Position numbers and translations under genes: made by a program
In this document: piece by piece, positions 47,995 to 57,435 of the stretch
How the letters are laid out: each line of letters starts with the position of its first letter
How positions within the stretch are numbered: position 1 is the stretch's first letter
Notes under the pieces: generated by a model
Databases searched by the model: none
What the model was told of the DNA's origin: nothing
What the model saw: the letters and a program-made list of their open reading frames with translations, nothing else
From: Bacillota bacterium
Lineage (GTDB): Bacteria > Bacillota > Clostridia > Christensenellales > Borkfalkiaceae
Length of the DNA stretch: 64,000 nucleotides
NCBI GenBank assembly: GCA_003343995.1
Contig: QAKE01000021.1
Span: 1,284-65,283, forward strand
Direction: 5' to 3'

Positions 47995-49686
47995 ATGGAA
48001 AAAACGGTAAAGATGAACGGCGCCGAAATCCTGCTCAACTGCCTTGTGGAGCAGGGCGTGGATACGGTGTTCGGTTATCCGGGCGGCACGATTTTGAACA
48101 TTTACGACGAGCTTTATAAGTTCGGCGGCAAAATCAAGCATTATCTCACGGCGCACGAACAGGGCGCCGCGCACGCGGCGGACGGCTACGCCCGCGCGAC
48201 GGGCAAGGTGGGCGTTTGTTTCGCCACCTCCGGTCCGGGGGCGACCAACCTCGTCACCGGCATCGCCACGGCGCACATGGATTCCGTTCCCGTGGTGGCG
48301 ATCACCTGCAACGTGGCGAAAAATCTGCTGGGCAGGGATACCTTTCAGGAAGTGGACATCACCGGCATCACCATGCCGATCACGAAGCATAACTTTATCG
48401 TGACCGACGCGGCGGAGCTCGCCGATACGGTGCGCGAGGCGTTTTACATCGCAAGATCGGGCAGGTGCGGACCGGTGCTCATCGATATCACGAAGGACGC
48501 CACCGCGCAGATAACCGATTACGCGCCGCAAAAGCCCCTCGAATACCGTCCGACGTGCGAATGCGGCGGCGACGCACTGGAAAAGGCCGCGGCGCTTTTG
48601 AACGGCGCGAAAAAGCCCTTCGTGGTGAGCGGCGGCGGGGTGATCGCCTCGGGCGCGGAAAAGGAGCTCAAGGAGTTCGTGGATAAGTTAAACTGCCCCG
48701 TTTCCTCCACGATGATGGGGCTGGGTTCTTATCCCACTACCGACGAAAAGTTTACGGGAATGATCGGAATGCACGGCACCAAAGCGTCGAACATCGGCAT
48801 CAACTCGGCGGACGTGGTGGTGGCGATCGGCATGCGCTTTTCCGACAGGGTGACTTCCAACACCGCGAAATTCGTCAAAAACGCAAAGATCATCCACATC
48901 GATATCGACGCGGCGGAAATTTGCAAAAACGTGCAAATTGCGCAGGAGCTCGTCGGCGACGCGAAGGAAGTGCTCAAGGCGCTCAACGCGAAAATCCGTC
49001 CCGCGGGCGACGGCGCGTTTTTGAAGGAGATTTCGGCGTACAAGGCGGAGTTCCCGCATAAGGACAGCGAAAGCGCGCCGCTCAATCCCGAATACATTCT
49101 CAAAAAGATATACGAATTTACCGACGATAAGGCGGTGCTCACCACGGAAGTGGGGCAAAACCAGCTTTGGACGGCGCAGTTCGGCAAATATCTGCGCCCC
49201 CGCTCGCTGATCACCTCCGGCGGTCTCGGCACGATGGGCTTCGGCACCGGCGCGGCGATGGGCGCGAAGGTGGGGCTCGGCGATCGGTATTCCGTGATCG
49301 CCATTGCGGGCGACGGCAGCTTCCGCATGAACTGCAACGAGCTTTGCACCCTGCAATATTATCATATCCCCGTGATCATCGTCATCATGGATAACCACGT
49401 GCTCGGCAACGTGCGGCAGTGGCAGACGATGTTCTACGGCAAGCGGTATTCCGAAACGACGCTCACCGAGCGCGGGCCGGACTTCGTAAAGCTCGCGGAC
49501 GCCTACGGAATAGACGGTTACCGCGCGGCGAACAAGGCGGAGTTTGACGCGGCGCTCAAATCGGCGCTCGAAAAGAACGCCCCCGCCGTCATCGACGCGG
49601 AAATCGATATCGACGATTTCGTGCTGCCGATGGTCGCCCCCGGTAAAGCGATCAACGAAATCATGTCGGAAAAACCGAAACTTTAA
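47995..49686 (+). CDS. ilvB: Acetolactate synthase large (catalytic) subunit
   Basis: ThDP enzyme pattern (GYPGG, GPGATN, GGLGTMGFG...GDGSF...NN), 563 aa. Confidence 0.95.
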   Translation: MEKTVKMNGAEILLNCLVEQGVDTVFGYPGGTILNIYDELYKFGGKIKHYLTAHEQGAAHAADGYARATGKVGVCFATSGPGATNLVTGIATAHMDSVPVVAITCNVAKNLLGRDTFQEVDITGITMPITKHNFIVTDAAELADTVREAFYIARSGRCGPVLIDITKDATAQITDYAPQKPLEYRPTCECGGDALEKAAALLNGAKKPFVVSGGGVIASGAEKELKEFVDKLNCPVSSTMMGLGSYPTTDEKFTGMIGMHGTKASNIGINSADVVVAIGMRFSDRVTSNTAKFVKNAKIIHIDIDAAEICKNVQIAQELVGDAKEVLKALNAKIRPAGDGAFLKEISAYKAEFPHKDSESAPLNPEYILKKIYEFTDDKAVLTTEVGQNQLWTAQFGKYLRPRSLITSGGLGTMGFGTGAAMGAKVGLGDRYSVIAIAGDGSFRMNCNELCTLQYYHIPVIIVIMDNHVLGNVRQWQTMFYGKRYSETTLTERGPDFVKLADAYGIDGYRAANKAEFDAALKSALEKNAPAVIDAEIDIDDFVLPMVAPGKAINEIMSEKPKL

Positions 49687-49693
49687 TGCGTTT

Positions 49694-49725
49694 TTGCGCC
49701 GCGGTTTGCGGCGCAATCGTTTTAG
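49694..49725 (+). terminator. Intrinsic terminator after ilvB
   Basis: TTGCGCCGC-ggttt-GCGGCGCAA hairpin followed by TCGTTTT. Confidence 0.55.
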
Positions 49726-49772
49726 TAAAGACATAAATTAAAAACGACGTCGATAGAATATAACGGTAGCGT

Positions 49773-50339
49773 ATGAATTGGATAGAACTTTCCGGCACGG
49801 GGATCGCGCTGGCGATGGACGCCTTTGCCGTGGCGATGTGCCGCGGGCTGGAAATGAAAAAACTGAATATCAAACATCTGTTGCTCATCGCGCTGACGTT
49901 CGGCTTTTTTCAGGCGCTCATGCCGCTCATCGGCTACGGCGTCAGCTTCTGGCTGAAGGACGTCATCGAGCCGGTGGATCACTGGATCGCTTTCGCGTTG
50001 CTCGCGTTTATCGGAATCAAAATGATTGTCGAGGCGGTGAAGGGCGGAGAGGAAAAAAGCGAAGAGGGCTTGCATATCAAAATGCTCCTGTTAATGGCGG
50101 TCGCCACCAGCATAGACGCGCTGGTGGTGGGCATCACCTTCGTCGCCACCGAAACCAACGTGTGGTTGGGGTGCGGCGTCATCGGCGTTATCACCTTCGC
50201 GCTCTGCGCCTTCGGCGTGTTTCTCGGCAACAAGGTAGGCAATAAATTTTCCGATAAAGCGGAAATTTTCGGGGGCGTCGTGCTCATTCTCATCGGATTG
50301 AAAATCCTGTTGGAACATCTGGGCGTTCTGCCCTTTTAA
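49773..50339 (+). CDS. mntP: Manganese efflux pump MntP
   Basis: 188 aa with the DUF204 repeat pattern (GIALAMDAFAVAM..., ATSIDALVVGITF). Confidence 0.9.
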   Translation: MNWIELSGTGIALAMDAFAVAMCRGLEMKKLNIKHLLLIALTFGFFQALMPLIGYGVSFWLKDVIEPVDHWIAFALLAFIGIKMIVEAVKGGEEKSEEGLHIKMLLLMAVATSIDALVVGITFVATETNVWLGCGVIGVITFALCAFGVFLGNKVGNKFSDKAEIFGGVVLILIGLKILLEHLGVLPF

Positions 50340-50360
50340 AGCGGCTTGCCGCTTTTTTTT
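50338..50360 (+). terminator. Intrinsic terminator after mntP
   Basis: AAAGCGGC-tt-GCCGCTTT hairpin followed by T8. Confidence 0.5.
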
Positions 50361-50450
50361 GTGCGCGTAAGCGTTTTTTTGTGTTTTGTATGGACAAAAG
50401 GTTTCGCTTATGGTAAAATAAATAAAAAATCACCGAAAAGGGGAAAGACA

Positions 50451-51491
50451 ATGGACGCGGAAAAATTGAAAGCGATTGCCGAAAAGAACAAACACTATTT
50501 GCCGAGCGCGGAGCGTTACGCCGCCATGCGCTATCGCCGCGCGGGGACGAGCGGGCTGAAGGTGCCGGAGGTTTCCTTGGGACTTTGGCATAATTTCGGC
50601 TCGGTGGACTGTTACGAAAACATGCGGGATATGATTTTCACCGCGTTCGACGAGGGCGTGACTTTGTTCGACATCGCCAACAACTACGGTCCCGTGCCTT
50701 GGAGCGCGGAAAAGAATTTCGGAAAGATTCTCAAAAACGACCTTTCTTCTTACCGCGACGAGATGGTCATTACGACGAAGGCGGGATATTACGGCTGGGA
50801 CGGACCTTACGGCGACGACGGCAGCCGCAAATATCTCATCGCAAGTCTGGACCGCAGTCTGAAAAACATCGGCGTGGATTATGTGGACGTGTTCTATCAC
50901 CACCGACCCGCCAGCGAAACGCCGCTGGAAGAAACTTGCATGGCGTTAAAACGCATCGTGGACAGCGGTAAGGCGCTTTATATCGGCATTTCCAACTATT
51001 TCAGCGAAGATATGGAGGCGGCGGTGAAGATACTTTCGGAATTTAAAATTCCGATCATATTGGATCAGGTGCGCTATTCCATGTTCGACCGCCGCGTGGA
51101 AAACGACGGTCTGCTTTCGGCGGCGAAACAGGCGGGCGTGGGGCTTACGATCTTTTCGCCCCTCGAACAGGGCATTTTGACCGATCGGTATCTGAACGGT
51201 ATTCCGGAGGACAGCAGAGCGGGGCGCGGCGGCTTTTTGAAAAAGAGCGCCATCACCGAGGATACGCTCAATAAGGTGCGCGCGCTCAAAGCCGTTGCCG
51301 AAGAGCGCGGGCAAACGCTTTCGCAGATGGCGCTTTCTTGGGTGATGAAGGAGGACGTCGTTTCCGGCGTGATCGTCGGCGCTTCCAAAAGCGAGCAGAT
51401 TTTGGAAAATTTGCAGCTCAACACCTCGTTTGCAAAGGAGGAACTCGCCGCCATCGACGAAATCTGTTTGGGCGAAAAAGCGGAAAAATAA
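50451..51491 (+). CDS. Aldo/keto reductase (Kv-beta/YghZ-like)
   Basis: Trimmed to Met36 of the tracked ORF. Contains SLGLWHNFG, FDIANNYG, VDVFYHHRP and GISNY. Confidence 0.88.
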   Translation: MDAEKLKAIAEKNKHYLPSAERYAAMRYRRAGTSGLKVPEVSLGLWHNFGSVDCYENMRDMIFTAFDEGVTLFDIANNYGPVPWSAEKNFGKILKNDLSSYRDEMVITTKAGYYGWDGPYGDDGSRKYLIASLDRSLKNIGVDYVDVFYHHRPASETPLEETCMALKRIVDSGKALYIGISNYFSEDMEAAVKILSEFKIPIILDQVRYSMFDRRVENDGLLSAAKQAGVGLTIFSPLEQGILTDRYLNGIPEDSRAGRGGFLKKSAITEDTLNKVRALKAVAEERGQTLSQMALSWVMKEDVVSGVIVGASKSEQILENLQLNTSFAKEELAAIDEICLGEKAEK

Positions 51492-51587
51492 TCGACAAAA
51501 TTTTATGATCCGTCTTATAACTTGCCGAAATCGGCAAATTATTCGACAAAATAATATTTTCGTCGCATAAACAACTTAAATCGTTTT

Positions 51588-51622
51588 ATCTGCCGCGCGG
51601 AAACCGTCGCGGCGGATTTTTT
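51588..51622 (+). terminator. Probable terminator downstream of the aldo/keto reductase gene
   Basis: ATCTGCCGCG...CGCGGCGGAT hairpin (one G-U pair) followed by T6. Confidence 0.45.
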
Positions 51623-51714
51623 ATATTTTTGCTTGAAATCGTACGAAAAACGCCTTTTTTCAAAAGAAGAAAGCAAAAAAATCGCCGAAACGGGAAAAGA
51701 TTTTATTTTTAGTA

Positions 51715-51743
51715 TTTACAAGCGGGCAAAAGTGTGTTACAAT
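51715..51743 (+). promoter_or_regulatory. Promoter of the hut operon
   Basis: TTTACA (51715..51720), 17-nt spacer, TACAAT (51738..51743) preceded by TGT (extended -10). Confidence 0.5.
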
Positions 51744-51800
51744 ATATAAAATAAGCGTATAGTAACTTTTATAGAATAACGCGCGCGAGGGAGGGTTGTC

Positions 51801-53327
51801 GTGGAGATCGTACTTACGGGAAACGAAATAACGTTGCAGCAGATCGTCAATGTCGCAAGGCAGGGCGCGCAGGTTTCCCTTTCCCCGCTCGCGGAAGAAA
51901 AGATTAAAAATTCGCGGCGCGTGGTGGACGAGCTCGTGCGCGATTCCAAAGTGGTTTACGGCGTAACCACCGGTTTCGGCATGTTCAGCGAAACCTTTAT
52001 CGAAAAGCAGTTCACCAACAGCCTGCAAAAAAATCTCATCGTGTCCCATGCGGTGGGCGCGGGGGATAATTTTCCCGACGAGGTGGTGCGCGCGGCGATG
52101 CTCCTTCGCGTAAACAACTTCGCAAACGGCTATTCGGGCATCCGCTACGAAACGGTGAAAACGCTCGTCGACATGCTGAATAAGGGCGTAACCCCCGTCG
52201 TTCCCGAAAAGGGTTCGCTGGGCGCGAGCGGCGATCTGGTGCCCTTGGCGCACATGGTTTTGCCCTTGCTCGGCTTGGGGCAGGCGCGCTATAGAGGAAA
52301 AATTTTATCGGGCGCGGAGGCGATGAACGCCGCGGGCATTTCCACGCAGGAGCTCACGCAGAAGGAAGGGCTTGCCTTAATCAACGGCACGCAGTTCATG
52401 ACGGCGGTGGGCGCGCTTACGGTGTACGACGCGCTGGAGCTTTTGAAGGTCGCGGACATCGCCGCGGCGATGAGCTTCGAGGCGCAGAACGGCATCGTGG
52501 ACGCGTTGGACGAGCGTATGCATATCATCCGCCCGCACAAGGGGCAGATCGATTCCGCTCGCCTCGTCGCCCGCCTGTTACATGGCAGCAAAAACGTGAC
52601 GAAGCAAGGCGAGGTGCGCGTGCAGGACGCCTATTCGCTCCGCTGTACCCCGCAGGTGCACGGCGCGAGCAAGGACGCCGTCAATTACGTAAAGAGCAAG
52701 GTGGATATCGAAATCAATTCGGTCACCGATAACCCCGTCATCTTCTCCGATAGCGGGGAGGCGGTTTCCGGCGGGAATTTCCACGGTCAGCCGGTGGCGC
52801 TCGCTTTCGACTTTCTCGGCATCGCGCTGGCGGAAATCGCCGACGTTTCCGAGCGCAGAATCGAGCGCATGGTCAACTCCGCGCTTTCCGGCCTTCCCTC
52901 CTTTTTGGTCGAACACGGGGGGGTGAACAGCGGGTTTATGATCGTGCAATACACCGCGGCGGCGCTCGTTTCGGAAAACAAGGTGCTCGCGCATCCCGCG
53001 AGCGTCGATTCCATTCCCTCGAGCGCAAATCAGGAAGATCACGTGTCCATGGGCACCATTGCGGCGCGCAAGGCGCGGGAAATTCTGCAAAACGCCCGCA
53101 GGGTGCTGTCCATCGAGCTGATGTGCGCCTGTCAGGCCATCGACCTTCGCGGCGACAAGGGGCTGGGCGTGGGCACGCAGGCGGCGTACGACTGTATCAG
53201 AAAGGTCGTGCCCTATCTCACGGAGGACCGTCCGCTTTACGGCGACATCAACCTTTCGGAAGAGCAAATCGTAAACGGTTCGCTGGTGGCGGCGGTGGAA
53301 AACGCCGCGGGGAAAATGGAGTTTTGA
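51801..53327 (+). CDS. hutH: Histidine ammonia-lyase
   Basis: GTG start after GAGGGAGGG. MIO-forming GSLGASGDLVPLAH motif. 508 aa. Confidence 0.95.
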   Translation: MEIVLTGNEITLQQIVNVARQGAQVSLSPLAEEKIKNSRRVVDELVRDSKVVYGVTTGFGMFSETFIEKQFTNSLQKNLIVSHAVGAGDNFPDEVVRAAMLLRVNNFANGYSGIRYETVKTLVDMLNKGVTPVVPEKGSLGASGDLVPLAHMVLPLLGLGQARYRGKILSGAEAMNAAGISTQELTQKEGLALINGTQFMTAVGALTVYDALELLKVADIAAAMSFEAQNGIVDALDERMHIIRPHKGQIDSARLVARLLHGSKNVTKQGEVRVQDAYSLRCTPQVHGASKDAVNYVKSKVDIEINSVTDNPVIFSDSGEAVSGGNFHGQPVALAFDFLGIALAEIADVSERRIERMVNSALSGLPSFLVEHGGVNSGFMIVQYTAAALVSENKVLAHPASVDSIPSSANQEDHVSMGTIAARKAREILQNARRVLSIELMCACQAIDLRGDKGLGVGTQAAYDCIRKVVPYLTEDRPLYGDINLSEEQIVNGSLVAAVENAAGKMEF

Positions 53328-53328
53328 T

Positions 53329-55323
53329 ATGCGCATCGATTTAAAAGCGGTCATGGGGGAAAACGGCAGACTGCCTTCCGCCCCGAGTTTTGAAAAAAAT
53401 ATCCGCCGCGCGCCAAAACGCACGGCAAAATTGAGCGAAACGCAGAAAAAGCTCGCGTTGAAAAACGCGCTGCGCTATATTCCCGAAGAATGGCACGAGG
53501 CGATCGCGCCGGAGTTTAAAAAAGAGCTGGAGGAGCGGGGGCGTATCTACGGCTACCGTTTCCGCCCGAAGGGCAGGATCTACGGCAAACCCGTCGGCGA
53601 ATACAAGGGGAAATGCGTCGAGGGAAAGGCGTTTCAGGTGATGATCGACAACAACCTCGATTTCGACGTGGCGCTCTATCCCTACGAGCTGGTCACTTAC
53701 GGCGAAACGGGGCAGGTATGCCAGAATTGGATGCAGTACCGGCTCATTAAAAAATATCTCGAAGAACTCACCGACGAACAGACGCTCGTCGTGGCGAGCG
53801 GGCACCCCGCGGGGCTGTTCGCGTCGCATAAAACGTCGCCGCGGGTGACGATTACCAACGGTTTGATGATCGGCATGTTCGACGACGCCGACAATTGGGC
53901 GAAAGCCGTCGCCATGGGCGTTTCCAGCTACGGGCAGATGACGGCGGGCGGCTGGATGTATATCGGCCCGCAGGGCATCGTGCACGGCACGTTCAACACG
54001 CTGCTGAATGCAGGAAGAAAGGTGCTCGGCATCCCGCAGGACGGCGATTTAAGGGGCAAACTGTTCGTAACGTCGGGGCTGGGCGGCATGAGCGGCGCGC
54101 AGCCGAAAGCGGCGGAAATCGCCCGCGCCGCGGCGATCGTCGCCGAGGTGGACGACTCCCGCATAGAAACGCGGCGTTCCCAAGGCTGGGTGCACCGCGT
54201 GACGGACAGCGCGGCGGAGGCTTTCGAGTGGGCGGAAAGCGCCTGCAAAGAGGGCAGGAGCGAATCGATCGCCTATCACGGCAACGTGGTGGATTTGTTG
54301 GAATACGCCGCGGAACGCGACATACATATCGACCTTTTATCCGATCAGACGAGCTGCCACGTGCCTTACGACGGCGGGTACTGCCCGCAGGGGATCACCT
54401 TTGAGGAGCGCACGCGGCTGCTGGAAACCGACCGCGAGGCGTTCAAAAAAGCGGTGGATATTTCTCTCGTCAAGCATTTCAGGCTCATTCAAAAGCTCGC
54501 GGCAAAGGGAACGTATTTCTTCGATTACGGCAATTCCTTCATGAAAGCGGTGTTCGACGCCGGCGCGAAGGACATCGCGAAAAACGGGCGCGATACCGAC
54601 GAGGGCTTTATCTTCCCCTCCTATGTGGAGGACATCATGGGGCCCATGCTCTTCGATTACGGTTACGGTCCCTTCCGTTGGTGCTGTCTGTCGGGAAAGG
54701 CGGAAGACCTGCGGAAAACCGACGCGGCGGCGATGAGCGTCATCGATCCCGACCGCAGGGGGCAGGACAGGGACAATTATATCTGGATACGCGACGCGGA
54801 AAAGAACGACCTCGTCGTCGGCACGAAATGCCGTATTTTGTATCAGGACGCCTTCGGGCGGCGCGACATCGCGCTGAAATTCAACGCCATGGTGCGCGCG
54901 GGGGAAATCGGCCCCGTGATGCTGGGGCGCGACCATCACGACACCGGCGGCACCGATTCCCCGTTTCGGGAAACGAGCAATATTTACGACGGCAGCAACG
55001 TCACCGCGGATATGGCGGTGCAGTGCTTTGCCGGCAACGCCGCGCGGGGCATGAGCCTCGTCGCCCTGCATAACGGCGGGGGCGTGGGCATCGGCAAGGC
55101 GATCAACGGCGGGTTCGGGCTTGTGCTCGACGGCAGCGAACGGGTGGACGAAATTATCGAAAAAGCCGTCGTGTGGGATACCATGGCGGGCGTTGCCCGC
55201 CGAAATTGGGCGAGAAACGAACACGCGGTGGAAGTTGTAAAAGAATATAACGAAAAAACGAACGATTGCATCACCGTACCGACGGTTGCGAGCGACGAGC
55301 TCGTGGAAAGGGTGATGAAATGA
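53329..55323 (+). CDS. hutU: Urocanate hydratase (long, about 660-aa form)
   Basis: Urocanase motifs (YELVTYGETGQV, GGMSGAQPKA, GRDHHD.GGTDSP). 664 aa. Confidence 0.95.
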   Translation: MRIDLKAVMGENGRLPSAPSFEKNIRRAPKRTAKLSETQKKLALKNALRYIPEEWHEAIAPEFKKELEERGRIYGYRFRPKGRIYGKPVGEYKGKCVEGKAFQVMIDNNLDFDVALYPYELVTYGETGQVCQNWMQYRLIKKYLEELTDEQTLVVASGHPAGLFASHKTSPRVTITNGLMIGMFDDADNWAKAVAMGVSSYGQMTAGGWMYIGPQGIVHGTFNTLLNAGRKVLGIPQDGDLRGKLFVTSGLGGMSGAQPKAAEIARAAAIVAEVDDSRIETRRSQGWVHRVTDSAAEAFEWAESACKEGRSESIAYHGNVVDLLEYAAERDIHIDLLSDQTSCHVPYDGGYCPQGITFEERTRLLETDREAFKKAVDISLVKHFRLIQKLAAKGTYFFDYGNSFMKAVFDAGAKDIAKNGRDTDEGFIFPSYVEDIMGPMLFDYGYGPFRWCCLSGKAEDLRKTDAAAMSVIDPDRRGQDRDNYIWIRDAEKNDLVVGTKCRILYQDAFGRRDIALKFNAMVRAGEIGPVMLGRDHHDTGGTDSPFRETSNIYDGSNVTADMAVQCFAGNAARGMSLVALHNGGGVGIGKAINGGFGLVLDGSERVDEIIEKAVVWDTMAGVARRNWARNEHAVEVVKEYNEKTNDCITVPTVASDELVERVMK

Positions 55324-56549
55324 GCCGATTTTTGGTGACCGACATCGGCGAACTCGTCACCTCGGCGGGCGGCGTAAAGCGCGGAAAGGAAATGCAAAAC
55401 GTCGGCGTCGTGAAAGACGGCGCGTTTTTCGTGGCGGACGGAATCATCGAAGCCGTCGGCACGCGGGAAGAATTGGAAAAACGATACCGCGGGGAAGAAC
55501 GCCTTTCCTGCAGCGGCGCGCTCGTTACCGCCGGTTTTGTGGACAGCCACACCCATGCGGTGTTCGGCGGCGAGCGGGCGGAAGAATTCGCCATGCGCCT
55601 CGGCGGCGCGTCGTACATGTCCATTATGGAGAGCGGCGGGGGCATTGCGAGTACCGTGAACGCGACGCGCGCGGCGACGGAGGAGGAACTCGTTTCTTCG
55701 GCGAAGGAGCACCTCGGCAGAATGCTTTCCTTCGGCGTTACGACGGCGGAGGTAAAGAGCGGCTACGGCCTCGATCTGCAAACGGAATTAAAACAGCTTT
55801 CCGCCATTCGGAAGCTAAAGGAAATTCAGTCCGTGGAACTCGTTTCCACCTATATGGGGGCGCACGCCGTGCCCGAAGGAACGGGCGCGGACGAATATAT
55901 CGATCGGTGCGTAACGGAATTTTTGCCGAAGATCGCCGAAAGCGGTCTGGCGGAATTTGCCGACGTGTTCTGCGAAAAGGGCGTGTTTTCCTTAGCGCAG
56001 AGCGAAAAATATCTTTTGCGGGCGAAAGAGCTCGGGTTCAAACTGAAACTGCACGCCGACGAAATGTGTACCTTCGGCGGGGCGGGGCTGGCGGCAAAAC
56101 TCGGCGCCCATTCCGCCGATCATCTGCTCAAAATCGGGAAAGAAGATATAAAACGGCTTGCGAAGTCGGACACGGTTGCCACCGTGTTGCCGCTTACGGC
56201 GTTTTGTCTGGGGGAGGAATACGCCCCCGCGCGGGCGCTCATCGACGGCGGCGCGATCGTCGCCGCGGCAAGCGATTTCAACGCCGGCAGCTGCTGCACC
56301 TATTCCGTGCCGCTCATGATCGCGCTTTGCTGCATCTACATGAAAATGAGCGTGGAGGAAACGCTGACCGCCTTGACCGTCAACGGCGCGGCGGCGTGCG
56401 GCAGGGAAAAAACCGTCGGCAGCATCGAGGCGGGAAAGCAGGCGGACTTCGTTGTATTTTCCTGTAATAAAAAGGAATTTCTGCCGTATTACACGGGGCT
56501 GAACCTCGTGAAATCGGTGTTCAAAAAGGGAGTAAAAGTTTATGGTTAA
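55320..56549 (+). CDS. hutI: Imidazolonepropionase
   Basis: Trimmed to Met19 (ATGA overlap with hutU). Amidohydrolase motifs (GFVDSHTHAVFGG, KLHADE, DFNAGS). Confidence 0.93.
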   Translation: MSRFLVTDIGELVTSAGGVKRGKEMQNVGVVKDGAFFVADGIIEAVGTREELEKRYRGEERLSCSGALVTAGFVDSHTHAVFGGERAEEFAMRLGGASYMSIMESGGGIASTVNATRAATEEELVSSAKEHLGRMLSFGVTTAEVKSGYGLDLQTELKQLSAIRKLKEIQSVELVSTYMGAHAVPEGTGADEYIDRCVTEFLPKIAESGLAEFADVFCEKGVFSLAQSEKYLLRAKELGFKLKLHADEMCTFGGAGLAAKLGAHSADHLLKIGKEDIKRLAKSDTVATVLPLTAFCLGEEYAPARALIDGGAIVAAASDFNAGSCCTYSVPLMIALCCIYMKMSVEETLTALTVNGAAACGREKTVGSIEAGKQADFVVFSCNKKEFLPYYTGLNLVKSVFKKGVKVYG

Positions 56550-57435
56550 ACTGCTCGAATGCGTGCCGAATTACAGCGAAGGCAGGGATTTAAACAAGGT
56601 GGAGCAAATCGTCGACTGTTTCCGCGGCAAAGAGGGCGTGAAACTTTTGGATTATTCCTCCGATAAAGATCATAACCGCACGGTGGTCACCGTCATCGGC
56701 GAAATCGAGCCGCTGAAAGCCGCCGTCACCGCGTCGATCGGCAAGGCTTTGGAGCTTATCGACATGACCAAGCACGAGGGTCAGCACCTCCGCATGGGCG
56801 CGGTGGACGTCGTGCCCTTCATTCCCGTGAAAAATACTACCGTCGAGGACGCCGACGCGGCGGCGAAAGCCGTTGCGAAGGCGGCGGGCGAGGCCTTCGG
56901 ACAGCCGTTTTTCCTCTACGAACAGTCGGCGAGCGCGCCGCACCGCGTTAATCTGGCGGACGTGCGCAAGGGGCAGTTCGAGGGCATGGCGGAAAAGATG
57001 AAGGACCCGCTGTGGAAACCCGATTTCGGTCCGGAAACGGTACACCCCACCGGCGGCGTAACCGCCATCGGGGCGCGCCCGCCCCTCGTGGCGTTCAACG
57101 TGAACCTCGCCACCGATAATTTGGAAATTGCAAAGAACATCGTCAAAGCGGTGCGCTATATCAACGGCGGGTTCCGCTATTGCAAGGCGATGCCCGTGGC
57201 GCTGGAAGAGCGGGGCATCGCGCAGGTTTCCATGAATTTGACGGATTTCACCAAAACGGCGGTTTACCGCGTGTTCGAGGCGATCAAAACCGAGGCGAAG
57301 CGTTACGGCGTGAACGTGATCGGCAGCGAGGTCGTCGGGCTGGTGCCCATGCAGGCGCTCGTCGACTGCGCGGAATATTATCTGCAAATCGAAAATTTTT
57401 CCATAGAACAGGTGCTGGAGAGCCGATTGATATGA
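56542..57435 (+). CDS. ftcD: Glutamate formimidoyltransferase
   Basis: MVKLLECVPNYSEGRD N-terminus and FTCD_N-type pattern. 297 aa. Confidence 0.9.
   Translation: MVKLLECVPNYSEGRDLNKVEQIVDCFRGKEGVKLLDYSSDKDHNRTVVTVIGEIEPLKAAVTASIGKALELIDMTKHEGQHLRMGAVDVVPFIPVKNTTVEDADAAAKAVAKAAGEAFGQPFFLYEQSASAPHRVNLADVRKGQFEGMAEKMKDPLWKPDFGPETVHPTGGVTAIGARPPLVAFNVNLATDNLEIAKNIVKAVRYINGGFRYCKAMPVALEERGIAQVSMNLTDFTKTAVYRVFEAIKTEAKRYGVNVIGSEVVGLVPMQALVDCAEYYLQIENFSIEQVLESRLI

Noticed and set aside
49687-49772. Expected yybP-ykoY (Mn2+) riboswitch upstream of mntP.
   Set aside because: The intergenic region is only 86 nt and is mostly the ilvB terminator. There is no room for the ~100-nt four-helix aptamer, and none of its conserved motifs are seen.
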